From: Acidobacteriota bacterium
Lineage (GTDB): Bacteria; Acidobacteriota; Vicinamibacteria; Vicinamibacterales; UBA2999
Assembly (NCBI GenBank): GCA_032156805.1
Contig: JALDXQ010000009.1
Coordinates: 3,540 to 67,539, forward strand
Reading direction: 5' to 3'
Length of the DNA: 64,000 nt
Shown: positions 33,436 to 40,834 of the stretch, one piece after another
How the letters are laid out: every line of letters begins with the position of its first letter
Numbering within the stretch: position 1 is the first letter of the stretch
Notes under the pieces: model-generated
What the model saw: only the letters and a program-made list of their open reading frames with translations
What the model was told of the DNA's origin: nothing
The model's database searches: none
Translations under genes and position numbers: made by a program

Positions 33436-33701
33436 TACTTGCTCCCTTCAGTGGATGGAGGCACGCCGAGTGCCGTACCGATTGCGTCGAGCGTCAGCTG
33501 GATCTGCGTCAACTGCTCGAGAGAGCTGAACTGCGCCAGCTGCGCGATCATTTCGCTGTTGTCCTGCGGTGCGGTCGGATCCTGATGCGCCAGCTGCGTC
33601 GTCAACAGCCGGAGAAATGCGTCGCGCCCCATCTGATCCGTCCGTTTCGGGATCTCGGTGGCGGAATTGGTGCCGCCCGGGCCGGAAGTTTGCGAAATCA
33701 A
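33435..33701 (-). CDS. flgD: Hook cap/scaffold protein FlgD, N-terminal-domain-only form (88 aa)
   Basis: GRDAFLRLLTTQLAHQDPTAPQDNSEMIAQLAQFSSLEQL is the FlgD N-terminal motif. The stop overlaps the flgE ATG (TAATG), so there is no room for the C-terminal domains. Confidence 0.8.
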   Translation of the reverse strand: MISQTSGPGGTNSATEIPKRTDQMGRDAFLRLLTTQLAHQDPTAPQDNSEMIAQLAQFSSLEQLTQIQLTLDAIGTALGVPPSTEGSK

Positions 33702-34168
33702 GTTCTGCTCCTTTGCGCCGATTCCCGAAGTGCCGCAACATGGCGCAATGTCGCGAGCACATCAAGCTGCTTCTGTTCTTCGGCTGCGCTCGCGCGTTCC
33801 CACGCGGTGCGCGCCTTGTAGCGAAAGCGCTCGAGCGCCTCCAGCCGTTGACGGGCCTTGTGTGCCGCTGATGACGCGCGTTCAACGTCGCGCTCTCGTG
33901 CGATGACGTCGGTCGCGCACACGACCCGTTCGTGCTCGAGGCGAAGAATCCAAGACTGATGCCACTGCCAGCGCGCCGTATCGATCGATCCGCGCATCTC
34001 GCGTCTACTCTGCTCACGCGCTGCGATGATGCGCGCGTCGGCCTCGGTTCGGAGCTCCTCGGCAGCGCGCAGATCAAGCGAGGCACGTGCAAGGACGCGC
34101 CGCGTTTCGTCGTATTCGCGCTGGCGCAGATCGACCGCCGCCTGCGCACGAAAGCGAAATGGCTTCAC
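33698..34168 (-). CDS. fliJ: Flagellar export protein FliJ (positional and coiled-coil call)
   Basis: 156-aa Arg/Glu/Ala-rich coiled coil between fliI and flgD. ALERFRYKA resembles the FliJ C-terminal pattern. Confidence 0.65.
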   Translation of the reverse strand: MKPFRFRAQAAVDLRQREYDETRRVLARASLDLRAAEELRTEADARIIAAREQSRREMRGSIDTARWQWHQSWILRLEHERVVCATDVIARERDVERASSAAHKARQRLEALERFRYKARTAWERASAAEEQKQLDVLATLRHVAALRESAQRSRT

Positions 34169-34169
34169 G

Positions 34170-35501
34170 TCAGAGAGCCTCCAGCGAGGTGACAGCGTCG
34201 GTGAAGCTGCAGAGACTGCCGGCCTCCTGACACAGGAACGCTTCGATCAGCTCGCGCTTGGCGCGTGCTTCGTCGATGCGCGGGTTGCTGCCGGCGACAT
34301 ACGCGCCAACGCTGACCAGATCTTCACTGTCGCGGATGGCCGCCATCCATTCGCGCACCTGGCCGGCCTTGCGGCGATGCGCCACTTCCGTCACGTCAGG
34401 CATCGTTCGACTGACGCTTTGCAGCACGTCGATCGGCGGGTAGTGGTGTCGAGAGGCCAGATCCCTGGACAGGACGACGTGTCCGTCGAGAATCGAGCGC
34501 ACGGCATCGGCCACCGGCTCGTTGTGATCGTCGCCATCGACGAGCACCGTGTACATCCCCGTGATGCTGCCGCGCCCACGGACCGCTCCCGCGCGTTCGA
34601 GCAGCGCCGGGAGCAATGCGAATACTGAAGGTGTGTAGCCCTTGGTCGTGGGCGGTTCCCCGGCGGCCAGTCCGACCTCGCGCTGCGACATGGCGAACCG
34701 GGTCACCGAGTCCATCAGCAACAACACGTTCTTGCCCTGATCGCGGAAGTACTCGGCAATCGAGGTGGCCGCGTAGGCCGCACGCATGCGCAGGAGCGGC
34801 GGGTTGTCGGAGGTGGACACGACGACCACGGCCTTGCGCATCCCGTCGGGCCCGAGATCGTGATCGATGAAGCTGCGAACCTCGCGGCCACGTTCACCAA
34901 CCAGGGCGAGGACGATCACATCCGCGGCGGTGCCGCGCGTGATCATGCCGAGCAGCGTGCTCTTGCCAACGCCGCTGCCGCCAAAGAGACCGATGCGCTG
35001 GCCACGTCCACATGTCAGCATGGCGTCGAGAGCCCGGACGCCCGTGCCAAGTGGCGCAACCACGGGATCGCGATCCATCGGGTTGAGCGGTGCCGGAAAC
35101 AGTGGGTAGCGAGTGTCGGTTCTGAGTGGGAGGCCATCGAGCGGTCTGCCGAGCGCGTCGACGACGCGACCAAGCAGCCCGGGACCAACACCCACGGACA
35201 CCGCGCCGGCGCGCGCGATGATGCGGTCGCCCGGACGTACACCCGCGGTGTCGCCAAGCGGCACCGTGAGCAGCGTCCCTTCACGGAATCCAACAACCTG
35301 TACCGGCAGCGGTGGCGCACCTGCGGAACCGCTGACTTCACAGATCTCACCGACGCTGGCGCGTGGTCCGGCCGATTCGATGAGGAGTCCAACGGTTCGA
35401 ATGACATGCCCCGCAGGCGGGGTCGTGTCGATCTGATCGACTCGTGCGATATAGTGCGCGAGCGAAAACCCCGCCGTCAGCGTCGCTGGTTCGGGGGTCA
35501 T
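34170..35501 (-). CDS. fliI: Flagellum-specific ATPase FliI
   Basis: Walker A LFGGSGVGKSTLLGMI, Walker B VLLLMDSVTRFA, and ILDGHVVLSR. Confidence 0.95.
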   Translation of the reverse strand: MTPEPATLTAGFSLAHYIARVDQIDTTPPAGHVIRTVGLLIESAGPRASVGEICEVSGSAGAPPLPVQVVGFREGTLLTVPLGDTAGVRPGDRIIARAGAVSVGVGPGLLGRVVDALGRPLDGLPLRTDTRYPLFPAPLNPMDRDPVVAPLGTGVRALDAMLTCGRGQRIGLFGGSGVGKSTLLGMITRGTAADVIVLALVGERGREVRSFIDHDLGPDGMRKAVVVVSTSDNPPLLRMRAAYAATSIAEYFRDQGKNVLLLMDSVTRFAMSQREVGLAAGEPPTTKGYTPSVFALLPALLERAGAVRGRGSITGMYTVLVDGDDHNEPVADAVRSILDGHVVLSRDLASRHHYPPIDVLQSVSRTMPDVTEVAHRRKAGQVREWMAAIRDSEDLVSVGAYVAGSNPRIDEARAKRELIEAFLCQEAGSLCSFTDAVTSLEAL

Positions 35502-36178
35502 GCGGCCTCGCCCAGGAGCGATCGGGCAATCTCGTGGATCTGAGCGTCAACGCCCGCATCCATCGCGCCAAACTCCGATTCCACCCGACAGCCGCCGCGG
35601 CCGACGCGCGCATCGGCGACGACCGTGACGTGTGTACCGGTCCACTGCGCCGAGCGCGCTGCCGCCGTCGCTTCAAAGTCCTGAGGGCTGAGTCGAACCG
35701 TGACCTGCGCGCTATCGCCCAGGCGGCCGAGGGCGACACGTGCCATGGCAATGAGCAGGTCCTGGTCGATCGAGACTTCCCGGTGCACGATGCGGCGCGC
35801 GATCGCCAGCGCCAGCTGCACCATCTGACCTTCGGTCTGATGGATCATCTGCTCGCGGAGGGTCGTGAGCTCCTCGAGCGTCTCGGTGAGCCGACGGAGC
35901 ATCGCTTCGCCGCGCTGAGCGGCCGCCTCTCCGCCGGCGCGTTCCCCCTGGGCGAACCCCTTGGAGAAGGCGTCTCGTTCGAGTGCGGCCAGGCGGGCCT
36001 CGAGCGCCGCGCGCTCCTCGTCACCGGTCCTGGCCGGTGGCGCACCGGCTGCCGACGGCTTGGATGCCAGCGGTTCGGTCGTCGGTGCGCCCGTCCACGA
36101 AAATGGGTGGGCACCCGCCGCGTCGATCCGGCGCGCCCTAGACGACATAAGCTTCGCCGGCTGCGGCGCCGGTGGCAA
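35498..36178 (-). CDS. fliH: Flagellar export protein FliH
   Basis: Between fliG and fliI. FSKGFAQGERAGGEAAAQ and a C-terminal FliH-like domain. The start may instead be at 36148. Confidence 0.7.
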   Translation of the reverse strand: MPPAPQPAKLMSSRARRIDAAGAHPFSWTGAPTTEPLASKPSAAGAPPARTGDEERAALEARLAALERDAFSKGFAQGERAGGEAAAQRGEAMLRRLTETLEELTTLREQMIHQTEGQMVQLALAIARRIVHREVSIDQDLLIAMARVALGRLGDSAQVTVRLSPQDFEATAAARSAQWTGTHVTVVADARVGRGGCRVESEFGAMDAGVDAQIHEIARSLLGEAA

Positions 36179-37154
36179 TCACGCCTTCTTCCTCGAGCTT
36201 TCGAGCGATAGCCACAACGTCCTGCTGCGCCTTTTCGACGTCGCGCAACCGAACGGCCCCGAGCACGTCCATCTCTTCCCTGAGCATCTCGGCCGCGCGC
36301 TTCGACATGTTGTTGAAGAAGCGCAGGCGGATTTCCTCGCTCGCGCCCTTGAGCGCCACCGTAAGCGCCTTCTTGTCCGCGCGCTGGACGATCTCGCGCA
36401 TGCCGTTGTCGTCGACGTGCACCAGGTCGTCGAAGACGAACATCAGGTTGCGAATCGATACGGCAAGCTCGGGACGCTTGGCCTCGATGGCTTCGAGCAC
36501 GGGACCACTGACGTTGCGCTCGAGCCGGTTGAAGAGTTCGGCAACCGCGCGCACACCACCGTGCTGCTCACGCGTCACCCCACCGAGCGACTTGAGTCGA
36601 GTCTCGATCACGCTCGAGATGCGCGAGATGACGTCCGGTGAGATGTCCTCCAGGCTCGCCATGCGCGACAGCACATCGACGCGCAATGCGTCGGGCAACA
36701 GCGTCACGAGCTGGGCGGCGTTGCTCGGATTCAGGTGCGCGAGGATCAACGCGATCGTCTGCGGGTGCTCGCCCAGGATGAACTTCGAGAGCTGCTGCGG
36801 ATCGGCTTTCTCGAGCGACGTGAAGCCGGCTGTGGACTGGAAAGAGCGCAGGACGCGGTCCATGATCTTGCGCGCGCTCTCGGCCCCCAGCGTTCGGTTG
36901 AGGACCCGTCGTGCGTAGTCGATGTCGCCGCGGGTGACGTACTCGGCGGCAATGGAGGTCTGGTGAAACTCCTCGAGGACCTTCTCGCCGAGCTGCGTCG
37001 GCACCGGGCCGAGCGCCGCCATCTCTTTCGACAGCCCCTCGATCTCGTCCTCTGAGAGGTGCTTGAACACCTCCGAGGACAGCTCTTCGCCGACGAGCAG
37101 CATCAGGATCGCGGCTTTTCTGATGCCGGGAACGACCTGGTGAACAATCGCCAT
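36138..37154 (-). CDS. fliG: Flagellar rotor/switch protein FliG
   Basis: GIRKAAILMLLVGEELSSEVFKHLSEDEI, MFVFDDLVHVDDNGMREIV, and LRDVEKAQQDVVAIARKLEEEGVI. Confidence 0.95.
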   Translation of the reverse strand: MAIVHQVVPGIRKAAILMLLVGEELSSEVFKHLSEDEIEGLSKEMAALGPVPTQLGEKVLEEFHQTSIAAEYVTRGDIDYARRVLNRTLGAESARKIMDRVLRSFQSTAGFTSLEKADPQQLSKFILGEHPQTIALILAHLNPSNAAQLVTLLPDALRVDVLSRMASLEDISPDVISRISSVIETRLKSLGGVTREQHGGVRAVAELFNRLERNVSGPVLEAIEAKRPELAVSIRNLMFVFDDLVHVDDNGMREIVQRADKKALTVALKGASEEIRLRFFNNMSKRAAEMLREEMDVLGAVRLRDVEKAQQDVVAIARKLEEEGVIATGAAAGEAYVV

Positions 37155-37155
37155 C

Positions 37156-38784
37156 TCAGCGCTCCGCCTCGCGCATCCAGCCTCTCAACAGCTTCGCCAC
37201 CTGATCGGGGTCTTTCTTGGTAATGCCGCTCACGCGACGGGTGAGGACCGGCAGCCGGCGGTTTTCGCTCGCCTTCTCCAGTTCCTGCGCGTCCATCTGT
37301 GCTTCGATCTCGTTTTCGAGGTCGGCGACCGTCCGCGGGCTCTTCACCTCGACCAACTGCGCCAATTGCGGCTGTCTGGCGCTGAACCCGCCGGCTTTCA
37401 GCAGCGGGCGCACCACGAAGAAGAATCCGACGACTCCCACGATCAGGACGGTGATGAGGCGGCCGAATTCATTGATCTGCGGCGCGTAACGGACGAAGAT
37501 CGACGGCGGTATTTCGTCCTCGACTTCAGGCTCGTCGAAGGCCACGTTCTCGACCGTCAACTGATCTCCACGCTCCATGTCGAATCCGACCGCAGCGGCC
37601 ACGAGCGCATGGATCTTTTGGATCTCTTCGGGCTTGCGCGCCTGACGCACCGTCGCCACCGACCCGTCCTGCTCCTTCTTCTGTACGTGGTCGTCGTCGA
37701 GGATCACCGCGACCGAGAGACGCGCAACGTCGCCAGGCGGCTGCAACACGCGTCGCGTCGTCTTGCTGACTTCGTAGTTGGTCGTCTCCGCGGTCCGCGC
37801 GGTGCCGGCCCCGGGGAGCACCGCCTGCGGTGTCTTCGGGTCGGTCGGCTGCGGCGGCAGATTGCTGCGGACACCGGCGACGTTGCCAATCCCGCCCGGG
37901 GTATTGGCAATGTCGCTCGTCCGCTGGACGCTGCGAATCACCGTGTTCGGGTCGTACTTCTCCTCTGTCTCCTCGCTCGTGTTCGGATTCAGCTTGAGCG
38001 CAACGTTGACGCGCACGCGCTCGGCGCCCACGACCGGCTCGAGGAGTGCAACCACCCTCGTGCTGAGGTCGCGCTCGAGCCGCTGTTGCCGATCGAGCTG
38101 GGCAGCGCCAAGCGGATCGTCAGCGTCCGCCTGGGGGCGGGCCAGCGGACGTCCGAAGCTGTCGAGAATGACCACGCTCTCGGACTTCAGGCCCTCGACG
38201 CTGGCCGCAACCATGTTCGAGATACCCGAGATCGACGAGGCCGAGAGCTGCCGCTGCGACCGCAGCTTCAAGACAACCGAAGCCTTGGCCGGACGGGGCT
38301 CGCCGAAGAGCGAGTCCTTGCCCATCGCAATGTGCACGCGCGCGTTGGACACCTCGGAGAGCGTGGCGATCGTGCGCGCGATCTCGCCCTCGAGCGCTCG
38401 TCGGTAGTTGACCTTCTCGAGAAACTCGGTCGCGCCAAAGGCCGTGCGGTCGAAGATCTCGAAGCCGATACGACCCGAGCTGGGCATGCCCTGCGTGGAA
38501 AACTCCATCCGCAGTTCGTCGACCTGGTTGCTCGGCACACGAATCGCGCCGCCACCGGGATCGATCTGATACGGCACCTTCATCGACTTGAGGCGCGTCA
38601 CGACCTGCGCCGCCGACTCGGCGTCCATGTCAGAAAAGAGCAATGCGTAATTGGGCGTGTTCAACCACCACGCCGATCCGACGACGATGGCGACAACGAC
38701 GACAAAGGCGCCGGCGATCGTCGCCAGCTGCGTTGCCGAGAAGTTGCTGGTGGTGGCCTTCAGCCGTTCGAGGATGGCGTCCAT
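37156..38784 (-). CDS. fliF: Flagellar MS-ring protein FliF
   Basis: LKSMKVPYQIDPGGGAIRVPSNQVDELRMEFSTQG and RALEGEIARTI. Two TM segments. Confidence 0.95.
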   Translation of the reverse strand: MDAILERLKATTSNFSATQLATIAGAFVVVVAIVVGSAWWLNTPNYALLFSDMDAESAAQVVTRLKSMKVPYQIDPGGGAIRVPSNQVDELRMEFSTQGMPSSGRIGFEIFDRTAFGATEFLEKVNYRRALEGEIARTIATLSEVSNARVHIAMGKDSLFGEPRPAKASVVLKLRSQRQLSASSISGISNMVAASVEGLKSESVVILDSFGRPLARPQADADDPLGAAQLDRQQRLERDLSTRVVALLEPVVGAERVRVNVALKLNPNTSEETEEKYDPNTVIRSVQRTSDIANTPGGIGNVAGVRSNLPPQPTDPKTPQAVLPGAGTARTAETTNYEVSKTTRRVLQPPGDVARLSVAVILDDDHVQKKEQDGSVATVRQARKPEEIQKIHALVAAAVGFDMERGDQLTVENVAFDEPEVEDEIPPSIFVRYAPQINEFGRLITVLIVGVVGFFFVVRPLLKAGGFSARQPQLAQLVEVKSPRTVADLENEIEAQMDAQELEKASENRRLPVLTRRVSGITKKDPDQVAKLLRGWMREAER

Positions 38785-39095
38785 CAGACAGGCATCCTCA
38801 TGACTTCTTGATACGCCTGGACAAGCTTGTTACGAATCTGAACCGTGAGCTGCAGCGTCATCTCGGCGCGCTGCAGTGCGATCATCGCGTCGTGCACATC
38901 ACCAGACTTGTCGAGCATGTTCGAGACCGCGACGTTGGCGTCGGCACCGCTCTTATCGACGTTTTCAACCAGGCTCATCAGCGACTCGCCAAAGCTCGGA
39001 CCGAGACCTTCGTCGGGAGTCGGTGTCTTGCTGATTCCGGGCGCCGTGGCCGGCCGCCCGATTGCTCCAATGCCGCCAACAGGAATGGTCGGCAT
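38784..39095 (-). CDS. fliE: Flagellar hook-basal body protein FliE
   Basis: SFGESLMSLVENVDKSGADA and ALQRAEMTLQLTVQIRNKLVQAYQEVMRM. Confidence 0.9.
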   Translation of the reverse strand: MPTIPVGGIGAIGRPATAPGISKTPTPDEGLGPSFGESLMSLVENVDKSGADANVAVSNMLDKSGDVHDAMIALQRAEMTLQLTVQIRNKLVQAYQEVMRMPV

Positions 39096-39097
39096 GA

Positions 39098-39526
39098 CTA
39101 GCGTCCGAGCTCGAGCGCCCGGGCCACCAGGTCGCGAATCATGGTGATGGCCGCGAGATTGGCCTGATAGGCGCGTGACGCACCAATCAAGTCGACCATC
39201 TCGTTCTGTGGCTCGACGTTGGGAAGGGTCACGAACCCTTCGGCATCGGCATCGGGATGTGAGGGCTCGTAGCGGCGCCGGAACGGTGCCTGGTCTTCGA
39301 CGACGGCCGCAACGCTGACACCGACCGCACCGGCACGACCGAGCTCCGCATCGAACGATGCGCTCCGATCGGCGGCAAGCACGACGTCGCGGCGACGATA
39401 GGGTTGCCCGTCGGGTCCCCGCGTGGACTCGGCGTTGGCCATGTTGGACACGGCCACTTCGATGCGCGTGCGCTCGGCGGCGAGCGCGCTGGCACTGGCA
39501 GTAACGGCCGCACTGAGTGTCGACAT
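39098..39526 (-). CDS. flgC: Proximal rod protein FlgC
   Basis: RTRIEVAVSNMANAESTRGPDGQPYRRRDV and GASRAYQANLAAITM. Confidence 0.9.
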   Translation of the reverse strand: MSTLSAAVTASASALAAERTRIEVAVSNMANAESTRGPDGQPYRRRDVVLAADRSASFDAELGRAGAVGVSVAAVVEDQAPFRRRYEPSHPDADAEGFVTLPNVEPQNEMVDLIGASRAYQANLAAITMIRDLVARALELGR

Positions 39527-39569
39527 GTTTCTTGTCCTGTTTTCCGAACCCTGAACCGTGATCCTGTGC

Positions 39570-39956
39570 CTAGCGTCCTTCGTTGATCGCGTAGCGCACC
39601 AGGCGGAACTTCGCCGCCAGTGCAGTTTGTGCCGCGCTGAAATCGCCGCCGGCGCGGCCCATGGCCAGCAACTCCTGATCGAGCTGTACCGTGTTGCCGT
39701 CGCGGCGCGGCGTCACGCCTTGAACCTCTTTCGTCGTGATCGCTCCGGGTGAGGTCATCGAGAAGTGCGCGGCGTGCGTGGCAGACGGCGGCGTCAGACG
39801 CTTGTCGAGTGCCGACTCGAAGCTGACTTCGACGGCCTTGTAGTCAGGCGTGTCGACGTTGGCAAGATTGCCAGCCGACGCGACCTGCTTGGCGACAGAG
39901 ATCGTCATCTGTCGTCGCAGTGCTGCGACAAGCGCGCTATCACTGATTGAGTTCAT
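39570..39956 (-). CDS. flgB: Proximal rod protein FlgB
   Basis: VASAGNLANVDTPDYKA and DGNTVQLDQELLAMGRAGGDF. Confidence 0.9.
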   Translation of the reverse strand: MNSISDSALVAALRRQMTISVAKQVASAGNLANVDTPDYKAVEVSFESALDKRLTPPSATHAAHFSMTSPGAITTKEVQGVTPRRDGNTVQLDQELLAMGRAGGDFSAAQTALAAKFRLVRYAINEGR

Positions 39957-40006
39957 CGCTCACGCCTCGATTCAAGAAGTGCACGGAGTTGTCGACAGCT
40001 GAGTGA

Positions 40007-40021
40007 GCAAGAGGGGTGCCC
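40007..40021 (-). promoter_or_regulatory. Sigma-54 (-24/-12) promoter upstream of flgB
   Basis: The minus strand reads GGGCAC-CCCTC-TTGCTCA versus consensus TGGCAC-N5-TTGCW. The -12 element lies about 50 nt before the flgB ATG. Confidence 0.65.
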
Positions 40022-40137
40022 CGATGGAAATTCGCGCCATTGCGCAGAACGCCCGTGCTCAGAGCGTTCGATGGGATCGGAGAACCGACAGGGGGGTTCG
40101 ATGAAGCGGCGAGGTGGCGAGTCGAGCTCTTACAATT

Positions 40138-40665
40138 TCAGGATCGCGTGCGGAGCAACGCTTCGATGTGTGCGAGACGTTCTTCGATTGCCTGCAACCG
40201 CCATCCGAGATCCGCCGGCACACCCGATCCATCGCGGCTCACGCGCTTCGCGAGCTCACGGTTCTCCTGCTCGAGCGCCATGCGATCGCGAATCCGCGTG
40301 AGCACCACTTCGAGCTGGCCAAGGGCGAATGGCTTGGCGAGGTAGTCGTAGGCACCCTCCCGGACGGCGCGGACGGCGGAATCAATAGTGGCGTAGCCGG
40401 TGATCATCACGACGTAGACAGACGGATTGGCCTCACGGGCCGCCCGCAGGACGTCAAAGCCGTCGGCCCCCGGCAGGTTCAAATCGGTGATGATCACGGC
40501 AAACTGGCCCGGATCACGCGTAATCGCGGCAATCGCGGCCCGCCCGTCATGGGCCGTGGCCACCTCGAACCCCTGGCCGCGACAGAATTCCGAAAGCAGT
40601 TCCCTCGCACGCACGTCGTCGTCTACAATGAGCGCTTCCTTTTTGGGCAGCTGCACTGATGGCAT
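40138..40665 (-). CDS. Single-domain response regulator (REC + short coiled-coil tail, no output domain)
   Basis: LIVDDDVRARE, ITDLNLPGADG, and YDYLAKPF, followed by LEQENRELAKR, as in NtrC-family linkers. 175 aa. Confidence 0.85.
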   Translation of the reverse strand: MPSVQLPKKEALIVDDDVRARELLSEFCRGQGFEVATAHDGRAAIAAITRDPGQFAVIITDLNLPGADGFDVLRAAREANPSVYVVMITGYATIDSAVRAVREGAYDYLAKPFALGQLEVVLTRIRDRMALEQENRELAKRVSRDGSGVPADLGWRLQAIEERLAHIEALLRTRS

Positions 40666-40711
40666 TTGAGTTGCTCCCCTTCCATGCTTACGACACGGCT
40701 GGAATGTCGTT

Positions 40712-40738
40712 CAATCGGCAAACCAGCCTCAAACTTCA
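40712..40738 (-). promoter_or_regulatory. Sigma-28-type promoter of the orphan receiver gene
   Basis: The minus strand reads TGAAGTTT-N11-GCCGATTG versus TAAAGTTT-N11-GCCGATAA. The -10 element ends 47 nt before the ATG. Confidence 0.6.
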
Positions 40739-40790
40739 AGAAACGTTAACGAACTCCGAGCCCCTCTCGCTTCTGGGTTCTGTTGGGTAT

Positions 40791-40804
40791 GTCGGTGCAC
40801 CGAC
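40791..40804. promoter_or_regulatory. 14-bp perfect palindrome upstream of the sigma-54 activator gene
   Basis: GTCGGTGCACCGAC, followed by the direct repeat CGACGAT-CC-GACGAT. It lies 31 nt before the ATG at 40835. Confidence 0.4.
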
Positions 40805-40834
40805 GATCCGACGATAACTTGACGTAGTGAACTT

